This document shows, piece after piece, positions 47,901 to 56,431 of a stretch of DNA of 64,000 bases. The notes beneath the pieces are model-generated. The model saw only the letters and a list, made by a program, of their open reading frames with translations, was not told the DNA's origin and searched no databases. This stretch comes from a virus (lineage: Duplodnaviria > Caudoviricetes). The translations under genes were made by a program, and so were the position numbers. The stretch lies in IMG/VR virus record IMGVR_UViG_3300028591_000076, positions 64,001 to 128,000 of that record; one strand, given 5' to 3'. Positions within the stretch are counted from its first letter, which is position 1. The number at the start of each line of letters is the position of its first letter.

Positions 47901-49153
47901 CTATTCATATTTGCAAAATCTTCTGGATTTATAATAAATTGATGAACTAAGCTACCAATAGTCCAACCATTAAATTTATAGCCATTTCTTCTTGGAATAG
48001 GTAATGTAAATGTTGTGCCATACTTGTAAGTATTTATTGTATCATCTGAGCCATCTAAATTACCACCATTAAGATTATAATTTAATTTATATACATTAGG
48101 CTCAAAATGAGGCCTAAGATAAATATGTCTATCTATATTTTCATTTGATGCTTCAAAAATCTGGTCATATACATTATTTAAGTTTTGGTCGCTCTTACAA
48201 GTTATTACCTGGCCAAACTTATCTGTTGTAGTCCAATAATCAAGTGTATGGCCTGCTTTAGTAGGTAAAATAATATTAGTATCATCTACAGAAGCTTCTA
48301 ATAGTGTAGTATTTTTATTATATTCTATAGATGGACTAAATATTGACTCATTACTTGCATTATAACAAGTTACTTCATAATTATTACGAATCCAATTTGC
48401 TACACATAATGTATCATAATTTGTTCCAACTGGAATCATTGAATCAACAGAAATATTTTCATTTAACTGTTGAGAATGTAAATCATCTGTAATCTTATAT
48501 ATTTTCCATCCATTAAATGTATAGCCTAGTTTAACTGGCTGTGGAGCAACATATGCGATAGAGTTTACAAAACTTGTTCTACCCTCATTACCACTATTCC
48601 AAGAACCACCATCTAGGTCATATCTAATAGCGAATACTTGAACATTGCTTACTTTATTCTGAACTTGTTTTCCAAATTCTTTTAAGTTTGTAATAAGAGC
48701 CTTTTTTGTAACTAGTGAGTCCAAATCGTCTTTATCACGATGTTCCTTTATATATTCCTCTGGGCTTAATTTTCCCATATAATTTACAATATAGAGCCTG
48801 CTAGTTGTATCGTTTATTTCTGGGGTTAAAATAAGTTTAATAAAGCAGTCTCTTACTTTAGTTTCTATATTTTCATTAGCCTCTAAAGTAGTTTTAAGAG
48901 TAAACTTAACTGTTATATCATATTTATGATTTGTTTCTTTAACATTAGACGTTGGCTTAAAAATAAACTTAGTATTTGTGCCCTCACCAGCTTTTTCGCA
49001 ACTTGCAATACCATTGTTGCTTATATATACGCAGCTTATTTCATTAAATGTTTCATTTTCTGGTATATTAAAAATGTCATTTAATGGAACATCAAATGTT
49101 GTTCTACCAGCCACATAATTATCTAGAGTGATTTTCTTTATATTGTTAGCCAT
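44912..49153 (-). CDS. putative tail/adhesion protein with InlB-B (Listeria-Bacteroides) repeats
   Basis: YDLDGG...PVKLGYTFNGW, YNLNGG...PRRNGYKFNGW, YDLQGG...PSKAGYNFEGW; last gene of the structural operon. Confidence 0.75.
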   Translation of the reverse strand: MANNIKKITLDNYVAGRTTFDVPLNDIFNIPENETFNEISCVYISNNGIASCEKAGEGTNTKFIFKPTSNVKETNHKYDITVKFTLKTTLEANENIETKVRDCFIKLILTPEINDTTSRLYIVNYMGKLSPEEYIKEHRDKDDLDSLVTKKALITNLKEFGKQVQNKVSNVQVFAIRYDLDGGSWNSGNEGRTSFVNSIAYVAPQPVKLGYTFNGWKIYKITDDLHSQQLNENISVDSMIPVGTNYDTLCVANWIRNNYEVTCYNASNESIFSPSIEYNKNTTLLEASVDDTNIILPTKAGHTLDYWTTTDKFGQVITCKSDQNLNNVYDQIFEASNENIDRHIYLRPHFEPNVYKLNYNLNGGNLDGSDDTINTYKYGTTFTLPIPRRNGYKFNGWTIGSLVHQFIINPEDFANMNSPVSLVAEWEKADFHLDYDLQGGIIANNDKFILKANEPIKLGQPSKAGYNFEGWSLSQATDGTISGNTFTPADTIDHDITLKAIWSESNTTSFELQTWEETPESTGIFTDANNDTCSYRLIKSETAHGKTGDKTNFSNALFPENYQVPEGFSLSRIENAIIKGDGSSIVRIYIHRNICNVKIVDEYESTENSSNSSITYNTLYRTSLNEIGSATESTISCKFGQAITVYPLFNDEYPTNGYSCNSSGKTVTISGNDTIKFTYRKKLIKITFDLNNAGSWTVGGQNIFEPNIYSVDIPYNSYLGASKVPSITNHASIKTSNWQIESANADDIISDESIDTHLFTCDTRIRRTYTYKLPIIHIESENYDENNFGISNVLRSQYYEANNKLTDIPVDLLNPDFDAYRFIGYKYKFGKNSTYSLDYITSITRDLWSNETSSDDLYLKAIFKRNEPSLDLNNINITYTDNTLRVALLANNLKDGATGFYLSTTNPNASISSNLGTKDTNLIAEVFGSFQVDNNHQTVIIIPEKTFGDNQILGKPYIGTITNIDNNTNRVSISWIQSYQVYDNQDDATLTNVEFASNGAELSNKDLAIKISANADKVAITNGDISIIEKSDNTFTYVIDNFDGKEHTIQITPIIYNKSGKSAFITYKQRVIENISNVLSNGKNIIELENKKDVFYTNDGTKLTDRTSTVNGELVPRTAYNDIIELTNSASVNSLILGKPANSLKNYYINTITVTLPTQGQQIKISDDEIYRVNSNNSRTISFYVDSNLTFISTGSIQIQKRTVVNGSPTWATATYTPSISSNNLILTSANNIITLDLSTTSQVANVTSALSQEATVNYNGNIINKYCITEFSESISEEPRSINISSVIYNTSGTKGSLTLNYIANNYNYGLVSITDNLSDYKKIKDAVDFQLNASIDNSSNKQSGKYIDSSYKFTMSNIANASSIIMPNRLDVSLRSPASITTYFDTTVDYNYSNVQEITRTYKSEIVNKIL

Positions 49154-49159
49154 TTATTT

Positions 49160-52100
49160 TTATTCCTCAATCCACTGAATGTCAATTCTTCCAAAGTCTA
49201 CATCAGATGTTGTATCATCATCTTCATTATCTGACTCACCATCGCCACTTGCTGTGGCTCTATTTTGTAAGCCTAATAAACTTCCAGTTATATCTTCAAG
49301 AGCATTAAGTCTGTCATAAATTGACATTTCTCTAGGAAGATTTAACTGTTCAAAATTATTATAATTTAATGATTTTTCTTCACCATCAATTGTAACTTTA
49401 GATGTTTTATATCCATGATAATTAGTCTCAGTTCCGAGCTCTCTACTAATATCTTTAATTGCATTATCCAAATTGAATATAAGAGTAAGAAGATTTATAT
49501 CCTGATTTGGAGTACCAGAATGGCCATATGGAGATTTAGCAGAAGCTTCATTATCTGTATAAAGGTTGCCGTTTCTTGTAGCATTTGCTGAGAACTTATG
49601 TCCAGCTAATTCGCCTTCACCAGTGATTAAGAACTTTCCGCCATATTTTGTTTCTGATGCAACAGAGTCAGAAATCTTATCATTTGTTCTTTCGTCTATA
49701 ATTTTATCTAGACCAAGTAAACTTCTTAAGTGTCTAATTTCATCTTCGAGTACTTCAAAGCGAGACTTTCTATATGCGTTCTCATTACCAAGGAAATCAT
49801 TAAATAATGTATTACGGTTATTATAACCAATAGCATGACCAGTTCTACCCTCATTTTTTGTATTTTCATGAGACTGGTTTTCATAGTCATAATTATATCG
49901 GCCACTATCAATATCATAGTAAATATGATTTTTACCATTACCAGTTGCATAATTAACATTGATAGAGTCATTAACTGTTTCTTTACTCTGCTCAACTGTT
50001 TCATCAGATAAAGCTTTATCGCCATAATTTACTGGCTGTGGCACATAATACATTTCATGTACTATATCGTCAATAATATTTCTTGTATCACCATTACCTG
50101 AGAATCTAGTATTTGCATTATCATTTACTTCAGAAGTAGTTTTTGATAATGTATATTCCGCGGTAGTATCAGAAGTACCATCATTATAGTTAACTACTAT
50201 TACGTTTCCTTTTATTTCAGCAACTGTACCAAATACTACTTTTAATGCGTCTTCGGTATATACTTTATCACCTACTTTTGGACTTAAAGTAGTATAGAGC
50301 TTTTTAGTTAACTTGGACTCATTAGTCCACTCTTTTGAACCTAAATATCCAGCTGTACTTATATTAGAACGGTGTTGGTAATTTGTTTGAATTGTACCCG
50401 CAGAGTTTTCGCTACTACCAGCTATACCAGAGTCAGTACCATAAATTGTGAGTAACAAGTCTTTAACATCATCTGTTAAAGTATAATTCTTTCTTATGTT
50501 ATCAAAATTCTGAGTACCATCTGCATTTATACGTAATTCATCATAATTATCTAATGCATTATCAGTAGCATAATCTTTACCAAGTATCTTTCTTACTGCG
50601 TCATCGTAGTGTTCTGTTTCTCTTAATCTCTTAAGAAGCTGCTTTATTACATAGTTTGCATTAACAATAGGATTTGCAGTATCTAAGTAATAGTTATTAT
50701 TAGGTATCTGTTTATATGTAATAATATCTGGCGCAAGGCTAGAAGCATCTTCTACTAACTCATATTCACCAGTATCAGCATTTCTGATATATACATTTTC
50801 TGTATCATTAGATGTGTTTACAATATATGTTACAGGTAAACTGTCATCATAGCCAGCAGCAAGTTCAGCGCTTCTTTGTACATCCCAAGCATTATTATCT
50901 TTACCAAATACTGATAAGCCTAACCATTTATTGAGAACAAATATAAACTCTTCAATAGAATAAGTTTTATTTTTCTTATTAGGATTTTGTGCATCATCAC
51001 TGTAGTCCGTAGATATAGTATCATCATTTAGAGACTTATTAGTATCTGTTTCAAATGCTGATTTTTGGCAGAGCTTTCTTACCACATTATCGAGTTCAGA
51101 CTCAATTTTTTCAAGACGAGTAGTAATAGTTCTTGTATCACGTAATGTCTGCTCAGATAATACTGTGTCTGTATTATCATATATCTGTCTAAAATATGCG
51201 GGACCAATAGCGTCAATAAGAACATCAATAATACTTGCGTAATTATATTCTTCTATTGAGTCTGGTACATTTATTTGTACACTTACATTTTTATTTTGGA
51301 TAGCAGAACCATTAACATTATTAACAAGAGTATCCTCACTTGTTATCTCGCCTGTTCTATCATATTCTGTTTTACCTTCTTCATGAATTGGCTTACCAAT
51401 ACCACTAATAAGAAGATTTTTGCCATTAAACTTACGTCCAAGAAGAACTTGATTTACATCACCTTCTCTATACTGAATTGGACTATCTACTTTAGATGTT
51501 TTTCCGTCTTCAGTAATATTTTCACCATTTAATGTATAATTATGCTCATCATGTCTTGTAGTTAAGATATAATTATATAAATCACGAGAAAGTTGGTCAA
51601 ATCTAGAAAGTCCAGTATATGTAGATTTCTGTTCATATGGCTTAGAAGACTGCTCTACGCCTTCTGCTATATCTAAATCTTTATATCTTTCAGACTCTAT
51701 TTCATTTTGTGTAGTTGCAACACCATTTTCTACATTAGTTGTTGGCTCGCCATCAAAATAAGCTTCTCTAATAAGAGTTCCTATATTAGCTCTTATTGTA
51801 TTAAGACGTCTTGGGGTAGAGTCAATATTATCTGTGCCATTTACTGTATATGTAAGAGCATTTACTTTTGTGCAGATACGAGCTAATGCATCAATTAAAC
51901 CATTAAATTCATATCTTTCATTTTCAGGTACAAGGTTATTTTCTGTATTAGACTTAAATGTATCACCATCTTTTTCGAAAGTCTGATTTTTCTCTAAGTC
52001 TACTTTTGACCAGTTACTATGAAGGTCAGCAGTTTCTTCTTCAGCGTCTTTCTTTGCTCTACCAGTAATTGGGTCATATATTGTAGGATCAATATTATTT

Positions 52101-55100
52101 TCTTGTCCGTCATCATTACCTTTATGTGTTTCATTTATTTCATAAGGATATGTTGAAGAATCTAATATTGATATATTATTATCAGAAGAACTTGCCTTAA
52201 TATCTTTATCAAAAGTTGCGCCTTCAATCTCTTTTTCTAATTCGTCTATTCTAGAAAATGAAGTTTGTGTTGAGTTATCATCTTTACCATTTAAGTCATT
52301 AAGTGGGTCAGCAGTACCATAAAGTTCTAATGACATTGCTCTGATTAAGCGGTTTAAACCAAGATGCGTAGCTTCTGGAGTTACTTCTGGAAAGTTAGGT
52401 AATTCAATTTTATCTCTATTACCTGGAATAGTTGTTGCGTCAGAACCAAATGTAGATGCTTCAACTTTTAATAAACGCTCTTGTGTTTCTTTTGCTGCCC
52501 TTAAAAGAAGGCCAACTGAAGAAATTATACTTTGAGTATTTTCAGCATTATCTGTAATTGCATTTAAGTAATTCTTTATTGACTTAAGCTCTTCATCAGT
52601 ATAATTAAATGTATTATCTTCTGTGTAGTGTTGAGTAGAGCCCCAATTTAAGTCTTCAGAATTGAAAATGTCTCTCTTATCTTCACCTGATAAGTTATCT
52701 CTAGCATCATTTACTCTTTCAATAATTATACCGATATATTTTTTATACCAAGATGGCTCATTTTTATAACGCCAGAATGCTAATGGCATTTCATATGCTG
52801 CTTGTAATGCTGAGCCAATATAATCATCTTGGGTATCATCTGCCATTAAGTTTGTTGTATAATTAAATCCGCCAGCGTTATTCAAGTCGCTAGATGTGAG
52901 ACTTTGTTTATCTTCACCATATACATTCTTATATGCTACCTTAGAACCAACGCCTATATTACCAGCTGTAATATTTATTGGTAGGCCATTTTCGTCAACA
53001 AATGATATAGATTTATTATCTTCGTCAGTTATACCAAAATTATATTTTGATATGATTTTTGCATTTCTACCTTTAATGCCCTTAATATCATCAAATGTAG
53101 AAATTTGAGAAGCTATTGTCTCAATATGAGATAATCCAGTATTTGTTTCATTTACCTTATACTGTTCTGATGAGTAGAATGGTATTTCAGTACCTATTAA
53201 GCTATCGTTTTGGTGAACTTCAATACCTTCACTAGAAGTAATATATCTTTGTCCTTTACCTTCACCAAGAGGATCATCACCATAATATCTATATGGAATA
53301 TAGGATGCTGTACTTTCATCAGTACTTGTGGTCTTATTTAGCTCACTGTTAATAACGTCATTTGACTTTAACTGTGTACTATTATGTGTAGCTAAATAAA
53401 GATTATTTAATTTAGAAGCATCAATATTACCACCGATACCAAAATTCATACCGTGTACTGTATTTGGACTAACAGCTTCATTTGGTTTAACAGCATTTTT
53501 ATTTTCGTGCTCTAATACCTGAGCTTTAGTAACTAATGCATTATCTGGCATTAAAGCAATAGGAATTACATTTCTTTGATTACCATGGTCATCTACACTA
53601 GCATTTATAATAAAGTTTTCAATAGTATATGTTTCCGTGCCAGTATTAACATCAGATGCCTCGTAAGTAATAAATTGATTTTTTGTTAAGCCTTCTGGAA
53701 GACCAATACCAAATCTAATCTTAGTATCACTCTTAATAGGTAATTCGTCTTTTGCAGCAATATTGACTGTCTTAGCTGGCTCATCTTCTTTACCAATAAG
53801 AATCTCGCCAATATCTTTTCTTGCTACAAGCTTTTTAACATTATATCTTGTTTCAATAGCGTCTAATACTGCAAGACCAGTTACTGCTTTAGTAGTGTAA
53901 GGATTATTATTTTCATCTAAAATCTTATTTTTTAGGTATGCAGAAATAACACCATTTAAGTCAAATTGTTGTTTAAGAGTTTCTCTTCTACTAACTACAA
54001 TTTTCCATGGTTTTCCTGCCATACTTGTTGGTACAACATTACTAGAAGTTTGGTAATAAATACCCATACCATCTTTTATGTCCGTACTTAAATAGTATGT
54101 TGAGTATATATTTACTGAGTTTGCAACTTCTTTCTCGATTTTCCATTCGAAACCATAAGTAGTTGTATTATTAAAGCTACTAAATCCACTTCTGATTTCT
54201 ACCCAATGATATAAGCCATCAGTACGTGATGTTTCGCCATATTCTGGGTCAATATATAAATGGATATCTAAATTCTCTAATGTTGGGTCTTCAATACCAT
54301 CAATTTTTGTACATAAATCACAAATAGCCGATATATCAAATCTATCATCTATTACATAGTCTTTTTCTGCTGCGCTAACACCCTTTGGATTATGTACAGA
54401 ATATTTTGCAATCTGAGGATATGATATTCCTGGTAATTTACCATTTATCTGAATTTCGTTATTATCACCAGCATCAAAGAAATTACCAAATTTTCTTATA
54501 TATGGAATTCTAGGCGTAGACTCATAAATACCAGAATCTGCAGCTTTAATCTGCATTATATTATATTCTGAATATTCTGTTGATGATGTACATTTTGGAA
54601 TTATAAAGTGGTCTTCTTCCTCATATATAGGATTACCTTCATCATCTTCACCAATTTTATATTTTCCAATATTTAATTTACTTTCTGGAAACCAAGCCTT
54701 TAGTCTTGTTAATAATTTTTCATAACTGGCAACAGCATAACGAGTCTCACCATCCATAAGTAAGAACCCATATTCTGCTGCTGGACTTTCGCCACAATAA
54801 GGAGCAGGCTTCATATATCCTACTGGTAAATCACCAGTATCGTCTCTACGTCTTGCATTATCACAATGGATTAAGAGCTTATTTGAGTCTTGTACATCTA
54901 ATACTTTTACAATTGTATCATAAGCTTCTAATGGCATGTCTATTACACGGCCATTTCTACCTAAGAAGTATTCTTTTCCTAACTCTTGATATTCATTGGT
55001 TTTATGAGTGAATAAACCATCATGCATGAATAAACAAATAGTTCCCTTAGGCACTACTTCATCAAGTTTATTATTGTACCATACACCTATAATATTTTGT

Positions 55101-56410
55101 CTTGATCTTAATCTACAATCTGCTGTTACAACAGTTCCTTTATTGTAAGAAGAACCATTATGGAAAGTAACGCTATCTTCAAAGAGTGGCTCAGCAGAAT
55201 TAGATATATACATATAGTAATATCCACCTGGCTCAGAAGACTCAATATCAAAACATAAAACGCCTTCTGAAACATTTGAATTATCCACTGATACATTTAA
55301 GTTTACACCTGTAAGGTCCATCCATGCAGTCTTAAATGCATTTTCTAAACTTGCTTTTGAAAGATTTAATACGTCAGCATCTAAAGTATTCCTTAGATCA
55401 GCCTTAACAATTTTTATTGCATGTTCAGCTTCGTCTTCTGCTAGGTTTTTATTAAGCGCATCATTATATAATTTTGCAATAGCTAGGAAAGCCGCATCTT
55501 CTTGAACCATAGAATTCTGAACTTCAGCAATACTAAATTCATCGCTAAATGTTACAAGAACGGTTTCTCCATCCATTTTTTGGAAACCAATAAAAGATGT
55601 TTTTGGATTATAATTATAATTTGGATGAACAGCAAAAATGATTTTGCTCTTAAATGCAACGTCTTCTTCAGAGCCTAATGCAAATACACGACAAGGGTCA
55701 GATGATGGTACTAAAACGTCTTCACCTAAAACGCCCTCTAAAATAGTATTATCAATAGGACCTCTATCATCACCCTGTATAGCTATTTCAATTTTTGTTT
55801 CAACTTGGTCAGAATTTTTAACTGGGGCGTCAGTTAAATATCCAAGGAGAATAAAATTATTATAAGTCTTATAAATATTTGACTCATTAACTGTTAATGA
55901 ACCTGGCTCTACACCATCAAATTCAGCATTTGCAACGTAGACTTTTTTACCTACATCTTTATAAGTAAATCCAGGATCATAAACTAATCCATTTTCTATT
56001 TCTTCACTATCAAGGTCTTTATTATAAGTAAAACTACCAAAACCTTGAACATGTATTAATTTTTTACCTAATTCTTCTTCTGTAACTGGCTCATGTGCTA
56101 AACCAATACATCTTGTATGTTTTGACGTATCAGTAGGAACTATATATGAGTAAGGGTCATCATTTAAGAAATAATTTTCATTATTAAAATATTTAAGACC
56201 AGCTTCTTTTAAGTCTGCCTCAGTAGCAACTGAAACTGCAAAACCTCTTTTTATAGGAAGAGCTGCTCTATATGAGCTTAAAGGCTGAGACCACTGGATA
56301 AATTCATCTTTATCCGCATATCTAAGTTGATTATTTCTATCATCAATGAAAGTTAAGCCTTCTTTCATTCTTTTTGTTAAATCTTCTGAGTTATTTAATA
56401 CGTCTGACAT
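49160..56410 (-). CDS. 2416-aa tail fibre-like structural protein
   Basis: Collar-like LPVGYMKP...GFLLMDG...YEKL...FIIP; S74-chaperone-like block; repeated (S/T)R.D.LE trimer motifs. Confidence 0.7.
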   Translation of the reverse strand: MSDVLNNSEDLTKRMKEGLTFIDDRNNQLRYADKDEFIQWSQPLSSYRAALPIKRGFAVSVATEADLKEAGLKYFNNENYFLNDDPYSYIVPTDTSKHTRCIGLAHEPVTEEELGKKLIHVQGFGSFTYNKDLDSEEIENGLVYDPGFTYKDVGKKVYVANAEFDGVEPGSLTVNESNIYKTYNNFILLGYLTDAPVKNSDQVETKIEIAIQGDDRGPIDNTILEGVLGEDVLVPSSDPCRVFALGSEEDVAFKSKIIFAVHPNYNYNPKTSFIGFQKMDGETVLVTFSDEFSIAEVQNSMVQEDAAFLAIAKLYNDALNKNLAEDEAEHAIKIVKADLRNTLDADVLNLSKASLENAFKTAWMDLTGVNLNVSVDNSNVSEGVLCFDIESSEPGGYYYMYISNSAEPLFEDSVTFHNGSSYNKGTVVTADCRLRSRQNIIGVWYNNKLDEVVPKGTICLFMHDGLFTHKTNEYQELGKEYFLGRNGRVIDMPLEAYDTIVKVLDVQDSNKLLIHCDNARRRDDTGDLPVGYMKPAPYCGESPAAEYGFLLMDGETRYAVASYEKLLTRLKAWFPESKLNIGKYKIGEDDEGNPIYEEEDHFIIPKCTSSTEYSEYNIMQIKAADSGIYESTPRIPYIRKFGNFFDAGDNNEIQINGKLPGISYPQIAKYSVHNPKGVSAAEKDYVIDDRFDISAICDLCTKIDGIEDPTLENLDIHLYIDPEYGETSRTDGLYHWVEIRSGFSSFNNTTTYGFEWKIEKEVANSVNIYSTYYLSTDIKDGMGIYYQTSSNVVPTSMAGKPWKIVVSRRETLKQQFDLNGVISAYLKNKILDENNNPYTTKAVTGLAVLDAIETRYNVKKLVARKDIGEILIGKEDEPAKTVNIAAKDELPIKSDTKIRFGIGLPEGLTKNQFITYEASDVNTGTETYTIENFIINASVDDHGNQRNVIPIALMPDNALVTKAQVLEHENKNAVKPNEAVSPNTVHGMNFGIGGNIDASKLNNLYLATHNSTQLKSNDVINSELNKTTSTDESTASYIPYRYYGDDPLGEGKGQRYITSSEGIEVHQNDSLIGTEIPFYSSEQYKVNETNTGLSHIETIASQISTFDDIKGIKGRNAKIISKYNFGITDEDNKSISFVDENGLPINITAGNIGVGSKVAYKNVYGEDKQSLTSSDLNNAGGFNYTTNLMADDTQDDYIGSALQAAYEMPLAFWRYKNEPSWYKKYIGIIIERVNDARDNLSGEDKRDIFNSEDLNWGSTQHYTEDNTFNYTDEELKSIKNYLNAITDNAENTQSIISSVGLLLRAAKETQERLLKVEASTFGSDATTIPGNRDKIELPNFPEVTPEATHLGLNRLIRAMSLELYGTADPLNDLNGKDDNSTQTSFSRIDELEKEIEGATFDKDIKASSSDNNISILDSSTYPYEINETHKGNDDGQENNIDPTIYDPITGRAKKDAEEETADLHSNWSKVDLEKNQTFEKDGDTFKSNTENNLVPENERYEFNGLIDALARICTKVNALTYTVNGTDNIDSTPRRLNTIRANIGTLIREAYFDGEPTTNVENGVATTQNEIESERYKDLDIAEGVEQSSKPYEQKSTYTGLSRFDQLSRDLYNYILTTRHDEHNYTLNGENITEDGKTSKVDSPIQYREGDVNQVLLGRKFNGKNLLISGIGKPIHEEGKTEYDRTGEITSEDTLVNNVNGSAIQNKNVSVQINVPDSIEEYNYASIIDVLIDAIGPAYFRQIYDNTDTVLSEQTLRDTRTITTRLEKIESELDNVVRKLCQKSAFETDTNKSLNDDTISTDYSDDAQNPNKKNKTYSIEEFIFVLNKWLGLSVFGKDNNAWDVQRSAELAAGYDDSLPVTYIVNTSNDTENVYIRNADTGEYELVEDASSLAPDIITYKQIPNNNYYLDTANPIVNANYVIKQLLKRLRETEHYDDAVRKILGKDYATDNALDNYDELRINADGTQNFDNIRKNYTLTDDVKDLLLTIYGTDSGIAGSSENSAGTIQTNYQHRSNISTAGYLGSKEWTNESKLTKKLYTTLSPKVGDKVYTEDALKVVFGTVAEIKGNVIVVNYNDGTSDTTAEYTLSKTTSEVNDNANTRFSGNGDTRNIIDDIVHEMYYVPQPVNYGDKALSDETVEQSKETVNDSINVNYATGNGKNHIYYDIDSGRYNYDYENQSHENTKNEGRTGHAIGYNNRNTLFNDFLGNENAYRKSRFEVLEDEIRHLRSLLGLDKIIDERTNDKISDSVASETKYGGKFLITGEGELAGHKFSANATRNGNLYTDNEASAKSPYGHSGTPNQDINLLTLIFNLDNAIKDISRELGTETNYHGYKTSKVTIDGEEKSLNYNNFEQLNLPREMSIYDRLNALEDITGSLLGLQNRATASGDGESDNEDDDTTSDVDFGRIDIQWIEE

Positions 56411-56431
56411 TTATAAAATCCTATTAAATAA

